Origin: Octopus vulgaris
Taxonomy: Eukaryota
Direction of reading: 5' to 3'
Assembly (NCBI GenBank): GCA_951406725.2
Contig: OX597815.1
Span: forward strand, 153,388,001 to 153,452,000
DNA length: 64,000 bases
Position 1 is the first letter of the stretch, and the number at the start of each line of letters is the position of its first letter. The notes beneath the pieces are model-generated. The model made no database searches. It worked only from the letters and a program-made list of their open reading frames with translations, and had not been told where the DNA came from. Made by a program: the position numbers and the translations under genes. Below, piece after piece: positions 1 through 12,477 of this stretch.

Positions 1-280
1 ATCAGCAGTGCAAAAAGATCGACTGCACACACACACACACACGCTCACGTATATATACCATCTTGCCCCACTCCCACTGACCCACGACATTACACTCCCA
101 TAATTGCTCACCTACACACACCTAACAAACCACATGTACCCCATACCATCACTCACACACATACACATCTTCCAGAGCCAGTAAAAAATAGAATATTAGG
201 CTAGTTAGTACTGGGGGCGATAGTGTCGATTAATCCCTTTTCCTCAAATTTGCTGGCTTTGTACTAAATCAATAACCACT

Positions 281-310
281 CTTCTTCTTCTTCTTCTTCT
301 TCTTTTTCTT

Positions 311-372
<62 letters not shown>

Positions 373-394
373 TTTTCTACTTTTTCTTCTTCTT

Positions 395-451
<57 letters not shown>
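281..451. repeat. Compound trinucleotide microsatellite (CTT)n(CTA)n(CTT)n(TTA)n
   Basis: Directly visible; it produces the poly-I/S/R ORF 244-621. Confidence 0.97.
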
Positions 452-453
<2 letters not shown>

Positions 454-463
454 AAACCTTATA

Positions 464-961
464 CAGTAATGCCTCGATATACGAGTTAATTTGTTCCGGG
501 AGTTCGCTCGTAAAACAGAGCAATACTTTCCCATAGTAGCAATGTTATAAATCGTAATTCGTTCCCAGAAAAATATTTCGCCAATAAAATTTATAAAACA
601 CGTAAATAAATAATAAAACAACAGTAGAGCGTTAAGAATATTTTATGTGAAGTAAAAAGAATATCAAGATCATTTATAATTTTAAAAAATATTATTATAA
701 TCGTTTTCTGAATCATTTTGTCTCGCACTAGTCTCGCGCACACCATCACTTGTAGAATCGATCGCCGATTCACAAGCTCTCGTCGACAGATTTTGCTTAG
801 GAGCATTCACTTTCTATAAATTTCTCAGTAACACGTAAAAGCATTTGTTATGGAAGTAGAAAATTTTGCTCTTCATTCACAATTTGGATCTTGTGCTTGA
901 AAAATAAAACTCGTAAGCCCGGCTCTCGTAAAGCGAGTCCTCGTAAAGTGAGATAATACTG
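464..961. mobile_element. Tc1/mariner-pogo (Tigger-like) MITE
   Basis: TA|CAGTAATGCCTCGATATACGAG ... CTCGTAAAGTGAGATAATACTG|TA: imperfect ~22-bp TIRs, TA target duplications and repeated subterminal CTCGTAA motifs. Confidence 0.75.
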
Positions 962-1355
962 TATCGTTAAAAAAATGGAGAACAATATTCGAATGTTAAT
1001 ATTAATTTTCTCGTTTACAATATATTATGTAATATATAATCGCACGCGCACACTCATCACAAACAAATACACATGAACAAAAATGAGCTAACAGAAACGG
1101 CCCAGCAGAGCCAGTAGCATCTATTTGAATAACATAGTTAAATACAGGTATATCAAATACTATACAACATAAATTCTTGAGCCATTAAAACAATCTCCGA
1201 CGCTAAAGCATGCGCCACAATTATCAAGTGACAGTTAAGATCAGCTCCATATGAGAAGTGGAGTAACAAGAATTCTAGTCGTGGACACGTTTCTGCCTCA
1301 GTCGGAGTCATCAGCCTGACAATTGTCCTACAATCGTCTCCTGTAGCCAAGGACT

Positions 1356-1511
1356 GCGCGCGCGCACGCACACACACATACACACACACAAACATACACA
1401 CACTCACACACATACATACATATGTATATATGTATATTTACTTATGTATATATGTATATATGTGTGTATGTATATATATATATAAGTGTGTGTATTTGTG
1501 TGTGTGTTGTG

Positions 1512-1554
<43 letters not shown>

Positions 1555-1577
1555 TGTGTGTGTGTGAGTGTGTGTGT
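1356..1577. repeat. (CA)n/(TA)n/(TG)n compound microsatellite
   Basis: Directly visible. Confidence 0.95.
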
Positions 1578-1979
1578 CCTCTATGCACGGCCAAACCGCT
1601 GGATCAATCTGTACTCAATTTGGCATGAAGATTTATCATTACTCGGGAAAGGTTCTAGGGGTTCAAATTTTTGGCCCTTGCTCACATAGGGGGCTGTAGC
1701 CCCCTACTACCCTTCCGATTTTTTTTCAGCAGATTCCTCTGTTTTCGATGACGGGGATTCCGAATATGCAAAACCCATGTTTTCAAAATTTTTAATTCCC
1801 CACGCCCCACAAATTTCAAATTTTAAACTTTTTCAATTTTTTTTCAATCTACTTGGAAAAATACGGAGATTAAGAATATGGAAAAATTAATTTTTATTTC
1901 AAATTTTCTATGAAGAACTCAAAAATTGATCCATACACCCCTCGCCACCCCATCTTGTTGTCTAAAACCGAAAATGAAC

Positions 1980-2130
1980 TCCCAGTGCTCAATTGGTACT
2001 TATTTTATCGACCCCGAAAGAATGAAAGGCAAAGTGGACTTCGGTGGAATTTGAAATCAGAACGTGAAGACGGACGAAATGCCACTAAGCATTTTACCCG
2101 TCGTGCTAACGATTCTACCAGCTCGCCGCC
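1980..2130 (-). mobile_element. tRNA-derived SINE, family B (Meta-domain-like), partial
   Basis: Reverse complement of the GGCGGCGAGCTGG head and the CTTTGCCTTTCATCCTTTCGGGGTCGATAAA core seen at 6117. Confidence 0.85.
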
Positions 2131-2697
2131 TTTTATTACCGTTATTAACCCCCGCAGTCAAATTTGAGTATGTGTTATAGATTGGTATATCTTTTAGTGC
2201 TATATGAGCGGTGCATACCCGCTCATCAGGCACGGTAAATTTACCACGGTTTGTAAATTCAATGATATACCGTGGATCATAGAAGGAAATTATTTTTCCT
2301 GACATTGTTAAGAAATATTGTGGCAGATATTCTGATATAAAACTGCATACCTCATAACTAGTTGTATCACGATATGTGCCTTGGTAGCTGGTGGGACAAT
2401 GTGGAAAATGACAAAGATAAGAAGCTGATGCGAATCACATGTCATCAGTACATATTTTGTTTATAATTCGATTTTATATTCCTCTCTAAGAATATACCCG
2501 TTCTCTAAGAAAATACCAGTGAATTTGCTTCTAGCAAGACACTTAATTTGCCTACTTTTCAAATTCATATAACCTCTCTCCCTGTTGGTTTCTTTCTGTA
2601 GTCACCTTGTTATTTATGTAAATCTTACTCTTTCTTATTCATTTTTGCACCTCCATCTCAAAAATACATTTTTCGTAATAAGAAGTTGTTTGTTAAT

Positions 2698-2896
2698 TGT
2701 CGGAGCACTGCATCCTTCAAAACTTCCGTGCTTCCTGAGATTCGCCAACACTACACCTGATTTTCTCCCCTCCATACATACGCAAGCATGTATCTGACTC
2801 ATACACTGTTCATTTTCCAGACATTTGTACATTACTGCATATGCTTTACACGCACTTTTGACAAGTTGTGGTGCGCCTGAGCACTGTATACAATAA

Positions 2897-2950
<54 letters not shown>
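2698..2950 (+). mobile_element. CR1-type LINE 3' end with (TTA)n tail
   Basis: Near-identical to the 3' portion of the 7151-7443 copy; ends in a long (TTA)n tail. Confidence 0.8.
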
Positions 2951-2953
<3 letters not shown>

Positions 2954-3266
2954 AATTTGTTAGCTGAGACAATTATAATGATTTTCTTTATAACTATTGC
3001 TCGTACAGTATCGTGATACAATTTGTTAAATGTATATATAATTCTGTTTTTAAATCTGAAAATACGTTACTAAGAAACAAAGATGAAATTAAGTCGAAGT
3101 AACCTAAAATTTGCATATTTACTTACGAGTAACATTTATACTAGAATAATAGCTTCAAGGCAGTAGTAACATAATACACACCGTAAGAGTATCAATCAGT
3201 GGCAACAATATAACGTGTTGCTCTGCGATATTCATTAATATTTCAGTAACTAGGCGTTTAACAATT

Positions 3267-3610
3267 ATGGTTTCAAGTAGGGAGTAGTAGTTTAAGATTG
3301 AGGCATGTTTTCGTATCCGTGGATATTTGTGGACCAGAAACTAGAACTTATAAGGAAATTAGAGGCGGATGTTCTGGCGTTAAGAATTTGTGAAGCAAAC
3401 GGTTTCGGATGTGCATAAAGCCAAGGACGAACACTGTATTTTCTTCGAAATGTAACATTGATACAGATTTTAAATCATCGTCTGTTGATGCAAGAAAGCT
3501 TTTAAGATGTACAAATATTGAGTAAGCATTGATGAAATGGTTTATCTATCTACGATCTTGCCGTATCAACGTTCGTCAAGTAGAAATTTAGAGTACTACA
3601 GTCAACTTAG
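3267..3610 (+). pseudogene. Degenerate pogo/Tigger (CENP-B-type HTH) transposase N-terminus
   Basis: Pieces translate to DQKLELIRKLEADVLALRICE, QTVSDVHKAKDE and E*ALMKWFIYLRSCRINVRQVEI, typical of Tigger/jerky HTH domains, with stops and frameshifts. Confidence 0.65.
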
Positions 3611-5017
3611 ATAATTATATTGGTTTCAAATTTTGACGCAAGGTCAATAATTTTGAGGGAAAGGAATAAGTCGATTAAATCAATCTGTGTCCAACTGGTA
3701 CTTTTTTAATTGACCCCGAAGAAATGAAAGGCAAAGTGGAACTCGGTGGAACATGAACTCAGAATGTAAAGTTAACTAATCATATCACCAACAGAGTTGT
3801 AGAGTAATGAGTTCTAAGGATTGTGCTACTATTTTGTGAGAGCCTTGTATACTATCTTTGAACCATATCAGTATGTAGTCAGTGTAGAAGTATTTTTCCG
3901 ACTTCACTCTACAGTACACCGACAAAATGTATATAGCTTTTCCTTTTTTTTATTTTCAAATAAATTTAGTCTGCTGCACATCGTAACAGACCTCCGCGAA
4001 CCAGTGACAAGGCATCTACAACGTCGCAAGACCTGCAACAAATCTCCCTCAAATTACACGTTACCAACTTTTAAAAGGGACAATGAATTTAGTCCGAAGA
4101 ATATAATACTTGATTAAAGACGAGACGGCCATTATTGGAATGCTTTGATTCGAGCTGAGAGGCAGCTAAATATCTTAGCAAACTAAGACTGTGCGACATT
4201 GGTTCACTTCCTAACAATTCCTATTCCATTTGTTCTATTTTTTATTTAAAATTGGGTGAAATGAAGTGTTTTGCCCAAGAACACAACACACAATCGACAA
4301 TCGATTGTTGTACCCTGACCACTGGGCCAACGCGCCCTCAAAAGGACAAGAAAGTAAGTCGCCTAAATAAGAATCTGCTCAGTAATTTCTCTTGGGAAAA
4401 ACGGAAACATCACAGGCCACATTTATATTTTCCTTAAATGATAGACTCCTTTGTACCAATTTGAAGAAATCAGTCCCCTTCATCGATATGCAGTCGTTGA
4501 GGACAAGAAAAATACTGTTTCGAGTCCCAGTGCTCATAAATGTAGAAGTAAAATGTACGGAACGAGATCAAAATGTACGGGACGACAGTCCTTCGCGAGG
4601 TTGCTTATTTTCAATTAAGTGAAATGAAGTGTTTTGCTCAAGAACACAACACACAATCGACTATCGAAACCGCGATCTAGCTATCGTAAGACAGCTGGAT
4701 TTGCTATCGAGAGAGCGGCATCCCGAACCCCTAGACCAATGCGTCTTCAAGAAGACAAGGAAACAAGTCCCCTAAATAAGAATCGGTAGTTGAATTATGT
4801 AGTCTTAGATTACTTCACTCCAAGAAAGTTAAATTAATTAACAATTGGTATTTATTCTCCATAACCCTATCAATCCAGTATCATACATAATTGTTGTTTT
4901 TTTTTAACTTTTTTAATTGTTTCAGTTATTAGACTGCAACCATGCTGGGGCACCGCCTTGAAGAATTTTTGAGTCGAATGAATCGATCCACCGCTTTTAA
5001 AAAAAAAAAAAAAAAAT

Positions 5018-5481
5018 GCCGCAGGAGTGGCTGTAGGCGCAGGAGTGGCTGTAGGCGCAGGAGTGGCTGTAGGCGCAGGAGTGGCTGTGTGGTAAGTAGC
5101 TTGTTTACCAACCACATGGTTCTGGGTTCAGTCCCACTGCGTGGCATCTTGGGCAAGTGTCTTCTGCTATAGCCTCGGGCCGACCAAAGCCTTGTGAGTG
5201 GATTTGGTAGACGGAAACTGAAAGAAGCCTGTCGTATATATGTATATATATATGTGTGTGTGTATATGTTTGTGTGTCTGTGTTTGTCCCCCTAGCATTG
5301 CTTGACAACCGATGCTGGTGTGTTTATGTCCCCGTTACTTAGCGGTTCGGCAAAAGTGACCGATAGAATAAGTACTGGGCTTACAAAGAATAAGTCCCGG
5401 GGTCGATTTGCTCGACTAAAGGCGGTGCTCCAGCATGGCCGCAGTCAAATGACTGAAACAAGTAAAAGAGAGTAAAAGAGT
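5018..5481 (+). mobile_element. Full-length tRNA-derived SINE, family A, with a 4x 18-bp 5' stutter, inserted into an older antisense copy of the same family
   Basis: Head GGCGCAGGAGTGGCTGTGTGGTAAG (A-box-like), GGGTTCAGTCCC (B-box-like), CTTGGGCAAGTG core, internal (TA)/(TG) tract and GTAAAAGAG tail. Antisense family-A pieces flank it at ~4915-4995 and ~5490-5600. Confidence 0.9.
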
Positions 5482-5584
5482 ATGATAATTATTCTATCGA
5501 TATCTTTTGCGGAAACGCTAGATTATGGAGACACAAACACCAGTTGTCAAGCGGTGGTGGGGCACAAACACACACACAGATCTA

Positions 5585-5633
<49 letters not shown>

Positions 5634-6116
5634 CGGTTTCATGCAGGCAGAGCGTAGATTCGATCCTCGGTAGCCAAATTTCACTTAACAGTTCAGCAGC
5701 ACTTTTCTCACGGTAAAATAATAGTTTTAATCTGTGAGTGACAGCAGTTACATTACAGCAGCTACATTTGCCAGTTGCCTTCGCTATGCAGAATAATGTC
5801 TTTGCCACTTGACCCTTCTAACCTCTTCTAGGCCACCTAAAGCTAGAATAGAGATAACAGACCGCCAACGAAATTCATTGTTCTCAACAATATGTCTCTC
5901 CTTCTAACTAGTTGGAAAAAGTTAGTTGGCAAAAAGAAAATAACGCAAAGGCGACCACAGGCTGAATCCAGTTAGCGAGATAATTCAACTGAGAGAAGGC
6001 TTACAGTGAGAATGTCAACTATGATACATTGTCTTATCACAACACCACTGCTGTTTAAATGTCAGGCACAATGAAGGTATCATTTTATCGACTTCCTACA
6101 CATTCACTCTATCTTC

Positions 6117-6347
6117 GCGGCGAGCTGGCAGAACCGTTAGCACGCCGGGCGAAATGCGTAGCCGTATTTCGTCTGCCGTTACGTTCTGAGTTCAAATTCC
6201 GCCGAGGTTGACTTTGCCTTTCATCCTTTCGGTGATCGATAAATTAAGTACCAGTTACGCACTGGGGTCGATGTAATCGACTTAATCCGTTTGTCTGTCC
6301 TTGTTTGTCCCCTCTATGTTTAACCCCTTGTGGGTAATAAAGAAACA
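6117..6347 (+). mobile_element. SINE family B, full copy with 9-bp TSD
   Basis: TSD TCTATCTTC at 6108-6116 and 6348-6356. B-box GAGTTCAAATTCC. The core resembles the Meta-SINE central domain. Confidence 0.9.
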
Positions 6348-6627
6348 TCTATCTTCCTCTGATTCCTAGATAGGCAGCTTGCAGTTGACCAAACATAAGC
6401 AGTAACAACATACAAGAAAAGATAACTCTATTGTTTTTATATGATACACACACCTGCCCGTCGAGGCATGGCATTATACAAAGTATAATGAATATTTCTT
6501 TACAACTTCGATCACTGTTTTTCTTCCATCTTGCTCATCTACAACAGCAACACTTCGCTGACTGCCAACTCCAACATATATCATAATGCAAACCGTTACG
6601 CTGGCTACTAACACCTTAACAACAACC

Positions 6628-6858
6628 TATTTCTTTTACTACCCACAAGGGGCTAAACACAGAAGGGACAAACAAGGACAGACAAACAGATTAAGTTGAT
6701 TATATCGACCACAGTGCGTAACTGGTACTTATTTAATCGACCCCGAAAGGATGAAAGGCAAAGTCGACCTCGGCGGAATTTGAACTCAGAACGTAGCGGT
6801 AGACGAAATACAGTTACGCATTTCGCCCGGCGTACTAACGTTTCTGCCAGCTCGCCGT
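6628..6858 (-). mobile_element. SINE family B, full copy with 13-bp TSD
   Basis: TSD CTTAACAACAACC at 6615-6627 and 6859-6871; reverse complement of the 6117 copy. Confidence 0.9.
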
Positions 6859-7150
6859 CTTAACAACAACCGTTACAATTGGTGACTCTCGACTACAACG
6901 AAGAACTAACTGTTACAATTTGGTGACTCCGACTGTTCTTCGTTCCTCTTACAAATGGCAAACAACGAATATCATTATCGCCGCAAATAGCCACCCTGAC
7001 TAGAAAGTACTACTTCCTTCTGAGGCAACAAGAGCCGTTGCATATCGTTACAACTACCATAACAGGCATCATTACTATTGGTGACCAAAGACTCCTATCT
7101 AAATAACCGTTACATATATATACGACGGGTTTCTTTCATTTTCCGTCTAC

Positions 7151-7443
7151 AAAAACATTTTTTCACGCTGAGAGTGGCTGAAGCGTGGAACAAACTACCG
7201 GCATCAGTTGTTAGGTGTCGGAGCACTGCATCCTTCAAAACTTCCATGCTTCCTGACATTCGCCAACACTACACCTGATTTCCTCCCCTCCATACACACA
7301 CACAAGCATGTATCTGACTCATGCATTGTTCGCTTTCCAGACATTTGTACATTACTGCATATACTCTATACGCACTCTCTGACAAGTTGTGGTGCACCTG
7401 AGCACTGTATACAATAATTTCATTATTATTATTATTATTATTA
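7151..7443 (+). mobile_element. CR1-type LINE 3' fragment inserted in an antisense family-A SINE (~7120-7575)
   Basis: Encodes KHFFTLRVAEAWNKLPASVV...SFK, matching the CR1 ORF2 C-terminal FFxxRVxxxWNxLP motif, and has a (TTA)n tail. SINE-A sequence resumes on both sides. Confidence 0.85.
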
Positions 7444-8232
7444 AAATTCGATCACAAAGTTTTGGTCGATCTGAGGTTATAGTAAAAGATACAAGCCCAA
7501 TGTGCCACGCAGTGGGACTGAACCCGGAAACATGTGGTTGAAAAGTAAGCTTCTTACCACGCAGCCACGCCTGCGTAATGTCAATTTTTATTTCATCTCA
7601 AATATACCATTATAACAGTGAGATATAATTATATGATTTACAATCCCCTTCTCCACACAATTTTTCCGAGTTCATATTTCATTCCTAACAAATCTATTCA
7701 AGGACGCATCTATGAAGATGATCACCTCGCTGTAAAGTTGGTTGATATCTCTCTGCAACATACAACATTCTTACGGGGTTGAAGATTTCCACTAATTAAT
7801 AATGATTTCCTCTCTGAGCGTTCTGTTTGCATGGGAAGAAAACGATAAGACAGTGGAGTTTGTTTGTTTTTTTTTTTTTTTGTTTGTTTTTTACTGTGGG
7901 GAATGCAATAATTTTTATTAATCTTTATTTTTATTAAAACTTTATTCGCATCTGTTGAACATTGTTCAACAACAGCAAGCAACAGTAAGGGCGACAACTC
8001 GGGTTAATTGTTTCTAATGTCGGAATAAGGCCTGAATTTGGTGGAAGAGAAGTAATCGATTTTATCGATGCCAATACTTGATTGGTATTTTATTTTATCA
8101 ACCCTGGGTGAGGGGTGGGGGTTAATGGCAAAGTCGATTATGGCAGGATTTGAATTCCAATAGTAAAGTATCGGCGAGGTATTTCGTTTGACACTTTAAT
8201 AATTCTGCTAATCCAATTTCCTTATATTAATT

Positions 8233-8629
8233 AAGGCGGCGAGCTGGCAGAATCGTTAGCACGCCGGGCGAAATGCTTAGCGGTATTTTGTCTACCGCTA
8301 CGTTCTGAGTTCAAATTCCGCCGAGGTCGACTTTGCCTTTCATCCTTTCGGGGTCGATTAAAGAAGTACCAGTTATGCACTGGGATCGATATAATCGACT
8401 TAATCCGTTTGTCTGTCCTTGTTTGTCCTCTCTGTGTTTACCCCCTTGTGGGTAGTAAAGAAATAGGTATTTCGTCTACCGCTACGTTCTGAGTTCAAAT
8501 TCTGCCGAGGTCGACTCCGCCTTTCATCGATTCGGGGTCGATAAATTAAGTACCAGTTGCGTACTGGGTCGATGTAATCGACTGGCTCCCTCCCCCAAAA
8601 TTTCGGGCCTAGTGCCTAGAGTAGAAAAG
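8233..8629 (+). mobile_element. Dimeric family-B SINE with 18-bp TSD
   Basis: TSD AATTTCCTTATATTAATT at 8215-8232 and 8630-8647 encloses one full monomer and one 5'-truncated monomer. Confidence 0.85.
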
Positions 8630-8649
8630 AATTTCCTTATATTAATTTC

Positions 8650-8860
8650 GAAGTTTGGTACAAGGCCAGCAATTTCAGGTGAGGAAGCAAATCGATTATG
8701 TCGATCCCAGTGTTTCACTGGTATTTATTTCATTAACACCGAAAGGATGAAAGGCAGTGTCGACCGCGGCGGAATTTGTTGAACTCAGAAAGTAAAAACG
8801 GACGAAATGCTGCTAAGCCTTTTGTCCGGCGTGCTAACGATTCCGCCAGTTCACTGCCTT
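8650..8860 (-). mobile_element. SINE family B, antisense copy
   Basis: Contains GAAAGGATGAAAGGC...GGCGGAATTTG...GTGCTAACGATTCCGCCAG. Confidence 0.8.
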
Positions 8861-9130
8861 CCACCTTCCTTATACTGACACCGAAACTATGAGAAATAAA
8901 GTTGATTTCAGCAACTTTAAACTCAGAATGTAAAGGCTTTGTTTTCTTTAATTTCCATTGATCGAAGGGACATCAAACGTATAACTGATTCCTTCACTGG
9001 ACTGATTTTATTTTTTAAAAAGTCTTAGCCCGAATTTCATGCAAAGTTTTTTCACCTAACACAACGTTTTGTTGTTATTGTCATGTAATGTTATAGTTTA
9101 TCTCTTCTATGATAAAAAGAAAAAAATCCT

Positions 9131-9533
9131 GCGCAGGAGTGGCTGTGTGGTAAGTAGTTTGTTCACCAACCACATGGTTCCGGGTTCAGTCCCACTGCGT
9201 GGCACCTTGGGCAAGTGTCTTCTACTATAGCCTCGGGCCGACCAAAGCCTTGTGAGTGGATTTGGTAGACGGAAACTGAAAGAAGCCCGTCGTATATATG
9301 TATATATATATATATGCGTGTATGTGTTTGTGTGTCTGTGTTTGTCCCCCAAGCATTGCTTGACAACCGATGCTGGTGTGTTTATGTCCCCGTCACTTAG
9401 TGGTTCGGCAAAAGTGACCGATAGAATAAGTACTGGGCTTACAAAAGAATAAGTCCCGGCGTCGATTTTCTCGATTAAAGGCGGTGCTCCAGCATGGCCG
9501 CAGTCAAATGACTGAAACAAGTAAAAGAGTAAG
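9131..9533 (+). mobile_element. Full-length SINE family A
   Basis: Closely similar by eye to 5072-5481 over its whole length. Confidence 0.9.
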
Positions 9534-11180
9534 AAGGAAATGTTAAAATTGCTTCGCCAAAATGCATAGACTTGTACGCAGAGTTACTTCCCTTGGACTC
9601 TAGGCATATCTTACTACCTGAGAATGTGCGCAACTTGATTAAAAATAATCCCGTAAAAATATTCAAACTATCAACTTGATACTTAATGTACTAATGTTTG
9701 AACCGAAACATTATTATTTTGAATTCCTTGCCTGGAATGGAACTTTGGTAAAACCACTTTAATAATAATATCTTTATTGCTTAAAACTCCCTGTTGTCAT
9801 TCCTTTAATTTCCAGTAGTTTTTACTTCCAGATAGATCACATCAAGAAACTACGCAATAAATTACATTGAATCCCTCAATCTGTTACATTATACGCACAT
9901 ATATAGACATTAAGTGTGCTTGCCTAAAGCACACAAAAAAGAGAATATTCAGTATGAAGTTAAACGATGTAGGCGGTCATTCGAGTATTGAATGACTTGC
10001 TCTGTGGTAATTATTTTGGCTCTGTGCGCTGTGGGATCTTATCAAATTTCATCCAACCATTTTATGTTTTTCAAATTTTCGCCAGATTATTATTTTCTTT
10101 TTTTTTTTTAATATATTAAAATCTAAAAGAAAAAAAATGCGATTTTCGTCATCAACATGCAGAACTATTTCAGAACTGCATGTTTAGAAAATAAACTGTG
10201 AAAATTTGGTTAGGAAAAATTTAATAAGAGCCGCGCCAGGTTCAAAACAACGCCGGGGTCACTTTTGCCTTTCATCGTTTTAGGATCGATTGTTCTCTAA
10301 CTCTTTCTTTTTTTTTTTTTGTTTCTCGCCTTCTCGAAGAAACCGACTGTGGTCAGACATGGGGAGGGATAAACTCTACAAAATCTAAAAATGCCCCAAA
10401 CACGATGTCATGACGGCACTCCAAGAACTTCATCAAGGAGTTAAAAGCACATGACATGACATACATACATACGTACATACATACGTACGTATGCGTACTG
10501 GCCATCCACTATTGTGCACACAGGCTAGGTCCTGCTATTTCTCATAGACAAATGTAGTTCTTGCAACAATTATCGACAAACTGGTGACTTTGGTGCCGAA
10601 AGCACAGTTGCTGTACTGAGGATCGAGACATTTTCAAAAGGCACAAGTTTAGTCAGCAGAGAACCAGGAAAATCAGAACGTAGACATGGTGTACCAAATT
10701 ATTAGGAGCGAGTGCCCCCTGGTCCTCGTTAAGACATCATTCTAGAAGGAAAACTCTGATGTAAAACTGTGACTCGAATGCAGCCAATGATGTTGACTAG
10801 TTCATTTTAGGATATCTGTCAGCATTGTTCAGAGAGTGGAACTGGTTGTCTGCAAGGCCTCTCCTTACGTTACAAAGCGTCATCAGATTATGCTCGAGAA
10901 CAAAGAAGAGGCCATCATGTGTGTGTGTAAATAATGAAGTTGAGAAATATAGGAAAACATGCTACCCTGTCTGTAACACCATTAGTGTGTGTCTTACTTG
11001 TATGCCCCAGTGAGCCAAGTTCCAAACTAATTTCTATGCCTGTGAGAGATATAGCTTACTAGGTAAGGAAGTAATCAGATCAGGTGCATACATAAAAAAA
11101 TTCCTGTTAATCAAGGTGGGGTTCCAAAAGTGTGGGGTACCACAGATCCTGATCTGTTATAGCTACTTATTTACACTTAA

Positions 11181-11934
11181 TTACCTCTGCCTTAGGGAAG
11201 GCGGAGGTATTGTTTTCAGTTGTGTTTGTTTGTCCGTGGACAAGATAGCTCTATGAACCGATGGATGGATTCGGATGAAACATTCATGGATGATTGGCCT
11301 CGTGACTGGCACCAACTGATTAGATGATTTTTGTACCGATTCCATACTGGACAAGGATTCTGGATTATTTTTCCTGTTTTTTGGGGGGGGTGGGGATTAC
11401 TTTACATGTATAAAGCTTCACATAGTTTTCTTGTACATGCACACATATACTCACACATTTTCAGCATTGAACATTACCATCCCACTTCCATTGTACACAC
11501 ACACACGCAAACATACCTCTATTTTACACACACATATTATACTCACACTTCAAACGCCGTTTATCGGCTTTTTCACTCCTTCCTTCGTTATTCATCTATC
11601 ACCCTTCCTTTTTCATTCATATGACGCTCTTCGTCATTTCGTTTCGTCTTTCTCTTCGTCATTATTTTCTCTCACACATGGCTATTACTCTCACTACTTC
11701 TCCTTCACTGTATTAGTATTTCATCTCCTCTCCCTTCATCTCTCACTCTATATATATATATATACATATATATATATGGATTATTTTCTGTTTGAGAGCA
11801 GTCGGGTTCATTTTTAGTATTCTCGTTTGTGAGAGCAGTCGATTTTATTTCAGATATTCTCATTTTAAAAATCATCTCCGGCTAATCGTTGAAAGGAAGT
11901 TGGTGTTACCTTGGCGGAGGTTTGCGTTCTTGTT
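11181..11934 (+). mobile_element. Non-autonomous Helentron/DINE-1 (HINE)-like element
   Basis: 5' subTIR TTACCTCTGCC with an adjacent inverted GGCGGAGGTA, a GTTT/GTCC microsatellite, and a 3' subTIR TTGGCGGAGGT near the end. This is the characteristic DINE-1/HINE layout. Confidence 0.65.
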
Positions 11935-12477
11935 ATAAACACGAAATAATTTCATTTAGGCAAAAAAAAAAAAAAACTTGTGAGAAGACAGAGGCTCTGA
12001 CTGAAAGAATTACAACGTACATGACAAATAGCAGTAATTGGTTCAGAATTCTGTGTAAAATTTGCTTAATCCCTTCATCAGAAAGATATATTTACATTTT
12101 GTGTGCTTTTCAAATTCTTTAAAATTTATTTGCTTCTCATTGTAACATCACATTTCTTTTGCTGGAATATGTAGGATACTTTCTTTAATAAGTTACTTAA
12201 GAGAAGTTCAGTGCCCTTACCAACTTTGTTGCGTTTCCAATACCAGACATATTGATTTTCAGTTTGAACATCTGTGGGAAAAAACATATATATGAAGAGA
12301 ATTCCAGAGGATAGCTGTTCTGGAGAGGAAGGATTGGTTAAAGTGTTTAATGTGAAATCTCAGTAGTGCAACCCAATAAAGGTTTATGGGAAGAAAAAAG
12401 ATAAAATTTTGTCATATCCTGAATACTCCAACCACACATACATGCATACACACACACACACATATATATATAGGTAT

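Noticed and set aside
244-621. 125-aa ORF and the other poly-S/I/L/T, CVCV and YIYI ORFs (e.g. 1422, 17299, 48166)
   Set aside because: These are translations of microsatellites.
2362-3021. 13-bp inverted repeat TTGTATCACGATA / TATCGTGATACAA
   Set aside because: Too short, and lacks clear termini or a TSD to define an element.
5072-5150. tRNA genes (A/B-box sequences here and at 6117, 9131 and 13225)
   Set aside because: These are SINE heads that continue into SINE bodies; no complete cloverleaf can be formed.
7722-7860. Possible minus-strand exon (MQTERSERK... or RDINQLYSE|gtgatc)
   Set aside because: The donor is weak, there is no recognisable homology and no partner exons were found.
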